Positions 7,915-19,900 of a DNA stretch of 64,000 nt are shown here, in pieces. The number at the start of each line of letters is the position of its first letter. Position 1 is the stretch's first letter. Origin of the DNA: a virus; IMG/VR virus record IMGVR_UViG_3300044846_000719, positions 32,657 through 96,656 of that record. The stretch is one strand, 5' to 3'. The position numbers were made by a program, and so were the translations under genes. The notes under the pieces were generated by a model. It was not told where the DNA came from, did not search any database, and saw nothing but the letters and a program-made list of their open reading frames with translations.

Positions 7915-10900
7915 TTATAAATAACATTTTTTTATTTGTTCTACAAAACTATTTTGATCACCACCATTGGTCTTTACATAATCTTTGTACTGATCTACAA
8001 AGTTAACCAATGAAGTAATATTTAAATCTTGTTTTATTTTATCTTTTTGTTCATCTGTAAGTTCCATAAAGAACTCACTAAGAACAGGATAATCAGTCCT
8101 TGCTTTAAACATTGCACCTATAGCAGGATTAAATGCCGCAGCTGGCACATTTGCTAACATAGCTTCTACATCACCAATCTCTGGTTCTTGAGCTTTAGGT
8201 GTTAAAGTCTTAGCTAATTCTGCAGGTGATTTTGCATCTGTTTCATATGGTTTACCATCTTTTTCATATACAATCTTTTTACCCACTGTTTTAGCTTGAA
8301 TACCATTAGAAGCTAAAGTACTATTAATATTAGCTGGAGCATTACTAAGATCTATATTGCCTAATTGTTTATCTATATTGGCTGCTTGATCATCAATTAA
8401 TTTATCAATATTAGTATCAGGCATTGCTCCAGGATTATTAAAGACATCTTTATTCTTTCTATTAGCAAATAGCTGTGTACTAGTTGGTAAATTACCGGGT
8501 ATTACAAACCCTGAAGCAAATTGTTTTTTAGAACCAGTTGAAATAAATTTTTCATACTCAGCAGACACACCAAAAGCATACACATCACCAGGTTGAATAA
8601 GATCAGCTAAATTTTCTTTATTATCTACCCTATCTCTTTTTACAGTAGTTAGTTTATAATAAGTAATAAGTTTACTCTTATCTGAAAATTCTACTATTTT
8701 AATAACTAATGGAAAACCAATCTGTGTTTTTTCATCCTTATTTGCTAAAATAAAACCTAAAGCCTTTAAATATTTTAAATTGTATCTATATAATTTCTTA
8801 CCTTCCTCAGTTAATTTAGATGGACCAGGTAGAGAAATCATAGGTTGTACAATCTGATAATTACCTTTACTATCTACAATCATCTCATCACCTTTGTAAT
8901 TAGAAACATCACCTAAAGGAATCATTTCTTTTTCAAATTCTGTATTTTTAAATACATTAACTTCAAGTTTATCATTAGCAATTACCATTGGGGATTTTAA
9001 TTCTACACCAGAAGCAATATTTAAATCTTTTTTAAGTTCATTAAGTTGATCATTCTTACTAATCTTTGACCTTATATTTTTTGTAAAGAATGTTACACTA
9101 GAAGACTGTAAGAATCCTCTAACAAATTCATTATACAATTCATTAAGATTTACACCAAATGTTTTTACTACTAATCTATCATCAGCCTGACCTTTTAATG
9201 CGGTAACAGCAGAAGCAGATGAATTAAGAATCATTTCAAACATAAAGTTTGGCATTATTCTAATAAAAGATCCTGACTTAAACTGACCACCATCTTTAAC
9301 TAATAAGTAATGGAATAAGTCAATTGCATATGGTCTAGTTAACTCATTAGTATATAACTCCATAAAGCTATACTGTATCTTATTAACTTGTAATTTACTT
9401 AATTTAGTCCAGTTATTAAACTCTACTTTATTTATAGCATCTTTATTAGCTCTATTACCTGCAGTGATAGCAAACAAAAACTTGTTTACAAAATAGTTAT
9501 TAGGGCTTAACTCTCTTAATTTTTTAACAACATCAGTTACATTATCCATATTTTCAGGTAATGTACTTGCTGTCTGGTCATAAATCATTCCATTATTTAG
9601 AGAAGCAAGTGCTCTATTATAACCACCTTTCTTTAATATATTAACATATGCTTTAATTGCAAAGAAAGAAATTAAGTTTTTATCTAAAGTATTTTTAAAA
9701 TTTTTACGGTCTCTAAAATTAACGTCCGTATTTGCTATTACAATATCACGTAATCTATTAACCACTGGAGTACGGTTAAGCATGACACTACCCATTAAAG
9801 ATTTAATTTCTCTATACACGGTAAAATTAAATCCAAATGTATTATCTGAATTACGTAATAATGCACGTACATCAAATGGTATTGAACTAACTTCAAACTC
9901 TTTGTCATTCATTTCTAAACCTAAATCAACAGCTTTATTATAAATCTCATCAAACTCTGTTAAATCTTTATTAGGTAGACCTTTGTTAAGTTTTAATATT
10001 GAAGATAAACTCATCATAGCATCACTTTGTCCTATAAGTACCTTAAAGTTATTAAGAACCGCTATTTGTACAGCAGCAATATTTCTTCTAATACCTTCTT
10101 CAAGATCTGCTGTTGTAATATTAGAAGGAACTTCAGTTACTTTATATTCATCCATTAACTCTTTGATAATAGCTGTTTTACCTTTAATTCTTTCGCTATC
10201 TTTTGCATAAGATGATTTATTAGTTCTTAAACGTTTATAAAACTCATGTATTATAGGTTGATTAATAAATAATATACTATCATCTAATGACACACCCTGA
10301 GCAATCATATTTGCTACAATACCAAGAGAATCTATATTCAAACCTAATTTAGCAGCAAGACGTTCTTTAGCGTTATCTGTCATGGCTGATACTAAAGCTG
10401 ACAAGATAAACATTATACGTTCACCATCATATTGTCCAGTTTCTGGATTATATGCTTGAGTCTCACCATAAGTATCAAACTCTTTACCATTAAGTTTAAA
10501 TCTTAAGTTAGTAAGATCTATTTTCTCACCAGTTTCATCAGTATAACTATTTGTTTTTCTAATTTTTATTTTATAAGGATTTACTACTGTATATACCAAC
10601 AATGCGTTAACTGCAGCCCCAATATTTCTAGAACCTTCCTTATTATTTCTAAATCCATAATATTTACCTAATAAAGTATCTACATTATATCTACCTTCTT
10701 CTAATTGATCTCTAAGTTCAGGAAATCTTTCAGTAAAGCTTTTAACAATATCTTTAAGAGGTTGTACAGTTGCTACCTGGAATGCTTTAGGAATTTTTCC
10801 TTCTTCGGCAGTAACCATATCCGTATTGTTTAATAAAGCAATACGTGCATTTACAATTGTATTATTAAGGGCCCCTTGATAAGGTTCATAACCTAACTTC

Positions 10901-13900
10901 TCTACTTTAGTATTATACTCATCTACATCAGCCGGTAAGTTTAAAGCTTTTAAAGTTGCTTCAATAATTTCTTTCTTATCAAGATCTAAAGTAGTAGCAT
11001 TCTCATCAATAATATCTAACTCATCTAGATAATCAACAGCATAGTCTTTAAACTCATTAGCTTCTTTTTGAAAAGCTTGATAGTAATCATTATAAGTTTT
11101 TCTAAACTCTTTGTTTTTACTAAACTGATATTTTACAAACTGATTAAACTTCTCTGTCTTAGTAGTTCCACTACCATAAGCTTTAAATTCACCATTCTCT
11201 ACTAACCATTCTTGAATGGCTATGTAAAGTTTATCAATATCAAAGTCAGCTCCAGATATCTCAATAAGTTCTTGTGGAAATATTGCAGTAGAACCATAGT
11301 ATACCGGCATAAAGTCTACAAGTTTAAGAGCAACTGCAGAGTGTTTATCCTGTGAAGGAGTACGTACTCCAAACATTTTAGCTATAGCATCTGGTATTTT
11401 ATCACCTGGTTTAATAAAGCTCAACAACTCTTTAAAGTGAGCCGGCATAATAAACTCAGTAAAATATCCGGTAATCTTACCATTCTCGTCATACTCAGGT
11501 ACGTTATGTCTAAGATCATCTACATAATAATCACCTACTTGTAAATCATTATAGGTTCTATTTTCTAGATCAGCCTGAGTTTTAGGTGTGCCATACTTAG
11601 AAGGATTAGTTTTAAATTCTTCAACTCTTACAATCTCCCATCTTTTTGGCTGACCATTTTCATCTAACTCTAATACCTTTTTAAGTTGCTTCATACCAAA
11701 ATCTGACATCAAAGCCACGGAATGTCCAGGTATTTTTTCAGACAATACTCCTTTAGAGAAATAAGATAAGAACAACTCAACAAACTTATCAATAGTAATA
11801 GGTGAGTTAAGATCATACTTAGGTTCTCCTTGCTCATCTAGTTCAAAGAACTCAATCATCTGAGCATCACCAGCTGAAGACTTTAATGTCTCAATTGCAT
11901 ATCTTTGGAATGCAGCAAGTTTAGGAGTAACAGATCCAGCAGCAATAGATTTTCTAACTTCATCAAATCCTGTGTCAAGTGTAAAGATTGCATTTCTTTT
12001 TCCAATATAATTAACTTTAACCCTATTAATAGATGCTTTTTTGTAGATTTCTTTAAGATCACCAACAGTAATCTCAGTACCCATAAAGTCAACTGGTGTA
12101 TCATCCTTTTGTTCAGTGGTAATAATTGTCTTAATCTGGGTTGTATCTGTAATTATAATCTTATTAGAAGGATTCTCTAATTGTAATCTCCAGTATTTAG
12201 TATCAGTCTCAATAAAGTTTCTATCAGTAATACTATATACATCATTAGCCACATTTACTTTTTTACCTTTAGATGCAGATACTGGAATAGCTAAACTTAC
12301 AGTTTCTCTATCTTTCTCATAAGCTTCTAATGTATTACGTAAACTATGTAACTCTTCTTTACCAGGTAATGCATATTGAAAGTTTTTACCATAAGATGTA
12401 AGTTCTTTAGTAAGAACTACACCCGATGTCTTAATATATGTCTGACCATCAAAGTATACTAACTTAATAGAGTTAGTAACAGCATTAAATGATATAGCTC
12501 CTTTTGTCTTAGCATTGCCAAAAAAGAAATCACCGGTTACTGCCTCACCTTTTTCAATCTTATTTAATAATTCATTAAGTATAGGAGATAACTTACCAAG
12601 ACCATGTGATGTATAACGTAAAGCTTTTACAGTCATCCACATCTGGGCATCCGCTTTATCTTTTTTACCACCAGCAAAGTTAGCTGTAAACTTAGGATCA
12701 GCTATAGTAACAACATGAGCAGTTTTGAATGCATGCATAATACCTAATTTTTCATCTTTAATAGCTGATGAAATATTAGAACCTGTAGCATTTGATCCTC
12801 TAGCTCTTTTAATCTCATCTACAGTATCTTTAAATGATAGAGCATGATCACCATGCATTAATTGGTTAATAGCAGTTGTATTAATAAAATCATTTAGATA
12901 GATCTGAATAAGATTATATCTATAGTCATTATCTTTTATATTATAAAGACTATTTTTAACATCATCCTTTACTTTCTTAAGAGTTTTAGATTTTTTTGAG
13001 TCCGCCTCTTTTTTAATTATTTTAAATCCTTTAGTCAAGAAACCAGATATTGCACTATCCGTTATTTTATTTTCGTCATTAACTTTTATAACGTTCTCTA
13101 ATTTTAATAATTCTATAATAGCATCTACCTCCTTTAATAAAGTATTAATAGCTTCTGCTTTAATTTGATTCTTCTGAGAATCTGTTAATGGTAAATTTTT
13201 CTTTGCTTGCTCTTCTAAATCATTCTTAAAATCTTCGGTTAATAATTTATCAGTCTTAAACAAAGTAAGACCACGCATTTTTCCAGTATTATAATCATAG
13301 ATTTCTTCATCAGTTTCTTCAGTTGCTACTCTTCTTATACGATTATACTCCTGTTCTACAAAACTAAGTATTGCATTTTTAGCTTCATCAGTAATAATAT
13401 TGTTATCATTAACTTTTTTAACAGCTTTAACTATTGGAAGATTAACTATGTTACCAGTATTTGATGCTTCTAGAACACGAATTAAATGAAAACTATCTGC
13501 AAATTTCTTTTTATTTACTTCTCTAATTTCTCCAGCACTATACAAATCAATAAGAGTGGTAATAAATTCTTCAGGAGTATAACTACCATAGGTACTTCCT
13601 TCACGTCTATTAACTTCTAACTCTTTGTTTTCAATAATATCTCCTTCTCCAGTTTCTATAAGACTACTAACTTTTTGACCATCAATTCTTTTAACATTAA
13701 TTAAATTTAAAATATCTTTAAAATTGGGATTATTTAATAAAAAGTTATCCCGTAAAAATTGATCCTCTAATAATTTATCAATAGCACCTGCTTTTTTAAT
13801 CTCATTCATCTTAACTAAATGATAAGATGGTAATTGATGAACATATACTAGTTTATTTTCAGCATTCTTCCAGCTAGTAGCATATACAGATTCATCAAAT

Positions 13901-16900
13901 ACAGTATTAGCTTTTGCAATATTATAAAGACGAGTTGTAGCACCACCAGAAAGAATCTCAGTTTCTTTAACTATATCACCAGTTTCAGTATCTACTTCTG
14001 TATCATACTCTAAATTAATAAATGGATTTTCTTCAGTCTCAATTAAGTTTTTAATCTTATCTATATCCTCTCTATCTATCGGTTTTACCCCAGAATAAAG
14101 ATTAAATAAAGTAAGTTGTTGAGGTGTAAGTTTTGAAGTATCAATCATATTTACAATTGAATATGATAAATACATACCACTCAATGAAATACCTAGAACT
14201 TCCATTAAATCAACTGATAATTTATTAGTAATATTTACTAACTTATCATCAGTATATTTTTTAGTTGGCTCCATTGCATTTCTTAAATTTTTTAATACAG
14301 TTGTAGCTTTTTTCTTTAACTCAGGAGTTAATTTACTTTCATAAACATTACTATATGCTTGAGACCACTGATCAAACTGTACTTTACCAGAATCTTTTCT
14401 ATTTGCAGATATAATGTTAGTAATCTGTTTCTTAGTATCTTTATTAATAAATAAATAGTCTACAGCATGTTGACCAAAACCTTTTATAAAAGATTGGAAT
14501 AAATAACTATTTTTAACATTCTCTAAATTTACATTACCGTCTTCATCAAATGTTACTCCTGTCTGAATAAAGAATTCCTCAATAACTTTACCAGACTCAA
14601 AGTTTCTATCTTTATATAAATTAAGTTTTAAAAGAATCTCTTCCGTATCCTCTGTTCCAGCAATTGCTTGTAAAATACCATTGTATACAGTAGATCCATC
14701 TACAGATTGGACATAAGGCGTACCATCTAAGAACTGTTTATTACCAAACTCATCAGCTGCCTGATATGTAATAGTAGATATCCAAGATCTCAAAAACATA
14801 GATAAACTACCAAAACCACCTACAGAAGCAGCACCTTCAGTATAATTAAAGGCAGCCTTATCTCCTAATAAAAGTTTACGTTCTTCATCTTCATTAGCCT
14901 CATTAGTTTCTTTAATACCTAAGATTGCTAAATGCTCTCTTACTGATTCTTTAAGAATGTTTCTATTTTCAATTTTGCTGAAGATTAATTTATACTCTTT
15001 TAATTTATTTAAAGTTGCAGTATCTAAATCAACATACTGATCTAAATTAGGATTATAAAGCTCCTCATAAATATCTAATACTGAATCTAGTAACTCATCT
15101 GTATTAGTTTCTTTAGTGGCGTCCTTAAGTTTGTTATTATAGATAGCAGCTACAGTTGCAGATAATCTAGTACCCTCTTGTTCTGGTAAATACTTATCTA
15201 CTTTTATATAGTTAACCTCGCCTTCAGCAGCAAATGTAGAATCTTCAATAATATCTGTACCAATCTTAATAGCTTTAAGTACCGGCTCACTTATATCAAA
15301 TGGAGAGTCTGTAAATCTATTAGTAACTACTTTACTATTTCTATACTTACCGGCATCAATATTATCAAACAAAGAATTTAATTCATTCTTACCAAATCTG
15401 CTAAATACTTTCTTGATCCACTCAACTATTCTAGCAAACAAACCTTTATTTACATAGTTAGTCTCTGTCTTTTTATTAATCTTCCATTCTTCAAACTTAT
15501 CAGCAAGGTATTCTTCATACATTCTTTCCTCTAATGCTGACTCACTCATTGCTGCATAAAGAGGATTTAATAAACGCATCTCTTCTTTAGCTAAAGAAAA
15601 AGACTTACCTTCTTTACGCAACTGATCTCTTAACTCTTTTTTAGCAATTGTTAAGTATCTAGATATCTGAGCATCACTTAGTAACAAACGGAATACTGCG
15701 TGGAAAGCTTCATGGTATTTAAAAGGAGAACTAGCAGATGTATAGATAGTACCATTAACTTCTACATTACCGGCTACATTAGACAATGAAGATACAAATG
15801 CACCTACAGTCTTACCACCATTATATAAGTTAGTCTTAAGAGTATTTAGATCTTCTACAGTAACAAAGTCAGGAAGATTGTTTTGGGCCCAAGTTAAGAA
15901 CTCAGTTAAATTAGTTATATCAGATTCAGTGTAACCAGCAGCTACTACTTTAAGACCCATGCCTTTAGACAAAACTTCTATTTGTCCTTTAATAGCTAGA
16001 ACCTCTGGAGAATTTTCCGCTTGTATTCTAATTTCTTTTTTATCAGCAGTAGTTAACTCACCTTTCTCAGCAAGTTTTTCAGCTCGTAATCTGTCATTTA
16101 CCTCGTCTGTTTTGGTATCAACTTGAGCTTGCAACTGCTTGATCTGCTGAGGAATAGATTGTTGAGCAGCTAATACTCTAGTTAAAGCATCTGCAGAACT
16201 TACTTGAATAGGTTTAGTAGATAATTGAGTAGTAGCAGCTAGTTCATTAAGTTTTTTAGTTGCGTTATTTAATCTTTCTATTCTTAAAGCAGCATCTTGA
16301 TTATTGGCTTTTGCTGTTAACTCTACATTCTTTTCATTCGGGGGAGTAAATTTACCATCTTTACCAAATGCTTTTTCTGCTATATACTTACCATTTACTT
16401 CATAGTTCTTATCTACAACAGCAGCTATCTTATCATTATCAAATACTACAGCAAAAATATTATTTCCTAAATTATAGTATTTTGCATCTTCTCCTGCAAT
16501 CTCAGATAATGGTCTACTTCCACTTATAGTTCCATATTCTGTTTTTTCTATATCAGCTCTAGCATCTGTAGGTTGAGCAGAAACAACTGAAGGATTAACT
16601 GGTGCAACACCTCTTAATAGATCTGGATTAAACGCAGAACCTGCTGGTGCATTACTTAAATCAAGATTATTTATATCAACATCAGTAGAACTACGATCTT
16701 CATTACTTACTTTTACTAATAGTGGATCTGCCTGGACATCAGAAGCTGATTCAAGCATAGTTACGTATACAGATACATTTTTAACCACATTGGGCCCAAC
16801 ACTAGCTTCCATATCTAATACTTGTAATGTATTAATAGTTTTTGGTAAAGCCGCTTTAAATGATCTACCAGTAAGCACTAGATTCATTTTAGTATTCTCT

Positions 16901-19900
16901 GCTTTTTGTTCAGCATCATATTCTTTAATACTAGAATTTATTAATGTGAGTAACTCTGAAAAAGTATTAAATTCAGGATTATCAATAAACTTCTTTGTGT
17001 TAAAGCCATTGTTCTTGTTTATAAAATCTATAACTAAAGATCCACTAGGACTAACATAGAGATTTAAAAATTTACCACGTTCTTTTAATGGTAATGCAAT
17101 GAATAATTTATTATTTATATTTTCTTTATTCCAGATATCATTATATTCTTCTGCCTCTATCTTTTCTTCAGCATTTACATTTTCTTTTTTAGTTAACTCT
17201 ATTCGGGCTTTAATATCTGAAACAAATGTATTAAGATCTTCATTAGATAAAACAGGTGTAGTTAATTCTACAAATCTAATTTTACCATTAGGAAGTTTAA
17301 CTACAGCTACGTATCTACCATACTTTAATAAACCATCAACACCAGCATCATTATATCTAACCGCATCAATCTCTTTTTCTGTGGACTCTAAAATATCTAT
17401 ATCAATATCACTTATAGGAGAACCCGGAATAGTAATAATAGATCCTTTGTTGTATTTATTTTCTTTATTAATTACATAAATGGCACCATTAATAGTATTA
17501 CTACTTAGTTCAGAAAACTTAGGTCTAGCTTCAGTATTATATAATAAATCATATGATCCAAAACCAACATTAATCTTTGCTACCTTTTTAAGATCTTCAT
17601 AAGGAATTTCCACTGAAGTATTTTTACCTAATTTAGATTTTAAATAATTTAATAATGCAATTTTATTTCTATAATCACCTTTAATTTTCGTAACTGCTTG
17701 AGGGTATTTACCATCCTTTAAATAGAATGCTTGCTTAACTCTATCAGCATTTATTCTATCAATAGAAATTGGATTACCCTGAGTATCTAAAAATTGAAAA
17801 GATGTAGGATTAGGTAAGTAACCAATTTCTTCACCATTAAGTACTAATGCAATAGCATAAGAATCTGTAAAGAATCCAGCTGATTGATTTTCTTTTTGGT
17901 CAGGTAATCTAATATAATCATACCTTTGAGGTGATTTATTTAGATTAGTAAATCTAATACTTAATCCCTCTTGTAATTGTTCTATAGGAGTATCTCTTAA
18001 AAGGTTGCTTAAGCGTGCTGTTGCATCTTTCTGAGACTCATCCCCTATTCTTTTACCCCAAGCTCTATTTAATGTATTTATGTCATCTAAACGTGAAGTA
18101 TACTGTTTCTTTTCTATAGGAGCTCTCTCTAATTTAAATCCTGCAAAAGATGGAATAGGAAGAATAGCACCAGTTTTAACATTTTTAAGTTTAAGGTTAG
18201 AGCCAGCAGCAATTTCTGCAGGATAAGAAAGAACTATATACTCATTATTTTTATTATCAGATATAATCTGACCATTAACCAATGGAGTATTATCAAATAC
18301 AAACTGCTTTTTATTTTTAGCTAAATAATCACCAATAGCTTTCTGAGCTATTTGTGCATCCTCTAAATTAAAAAATGCATCTGCCTCTAATTTTGAAAAT
18401 TCAATTGGCCTATCAGTATTGTTAATAGCTAACTCACCATCATTAGTTTTTACAAAGTATACTTCTGTTTTAACACCATTTACTATTCCATTTATTTTTG
18501 TGATAAATACACCATTATATCCAGCAGATACAATTGATTCACCCTCTTGTAGTACATCCTTGTTATATTGATTCTCATCTCTTTGTTGAATAAATATATC
18601 TGAGAATGTAACATTGTTTTTATTTAATGTATCATATACCAATGGAGTTCTAGCATTAGCTCTTAACCATTCTGTAAATTCAGGTTTAGCTTCATCAGTA
18701 ATAGCATCATATGCTGCCTCTAATGTAGTAATAGCATTTATAATACCGGCACCTTTTTTAGTAACCACAAATTCTTCAAAAGAGATTGGTACTTCTACCT
18801 CTCTTAATGATTTTAAATAATCATCATATGCTCTACGTACAACAGTCTGAGTAAATTCACTTACATCTTCAATATCTTCTGAACCAGGGTCTTCTTCATC
18901 TTCTGTAGTATCAGTACCAAAGTCATTAGATTTAGCTGTCTTTTCAGTTTTAGCACGTTTTTCTTCAGCTTCTTTAATTTGTTTATAAGCTTCAAACACC
19001 ACCATGATATCTCTATAGATTTCATCTGTTGGTTTAACTGCACCAATTACAGAATCATGATAGAAAGTTGTTGGAATTTTTCCAGTCTTAGCAAACTCAA
19101 CACCCTGGTCTGGATCTACTAGTACACCCATGCCTTGTAAAGTTGCTAATACATTATTCTTCTCAAGCATTTCAATATGCTTTTCATATACATCACTTGA
19201 TGTAACATCTTTCTTACGTTGCTCAAATGCTTCAGTAAGGACCTTAGAAGTTCTCTCAGTTAACTCTTTAAAACGTACAGGATCAAGTAAGTAATTAATA
19301 GATTGCTCTAATAACTGACTTCTTAAGTCAAGTACTTTATAATCAAATAACTGATCAAATGTATTCTCTAATACAGTGTCTTGAATATATGCAGGATTAC
19401 CATCTTTTTCATTTGCAAACTTAATATAGTTTACATACTTCTTATAAAGATTAGATACCTTACGTTTATCATAAGTACCATCTTTCTTTAAGTTAAGATC
19501 ATATTGCTCTTTAAAAGATTTTAATAACTCACGCTTCTTAGCTTTGTTATCCATATCTTTCTTAAGAGCTAGATCAGTAATTTCTCCAACTTGAGATAAT
19601 TCAATATCTAAAATATCTAACTCTCTATTTAAAGAGTTATCAGAGAATAAGATATCAAAATCAGAGGCTGCCATATTTTTTAATGCACCACTTGCTTTAG
19701 CAGTCTCTAATAATGTATTCCTTCTTTCTATAGCTCTTGTATTAGTAAACATATGATACATAACCATACGCTTACTATTTTCCCAAGCTCTAAAGTTTAT
19801 CTCTTCATTTCTTCTCTCTGTACTTCCAGCTTTATATAACTCTGGTTTAAAAGGATTAGCACCATACTTATCATTTAGTATTTCATTACTTTCAGATAAT

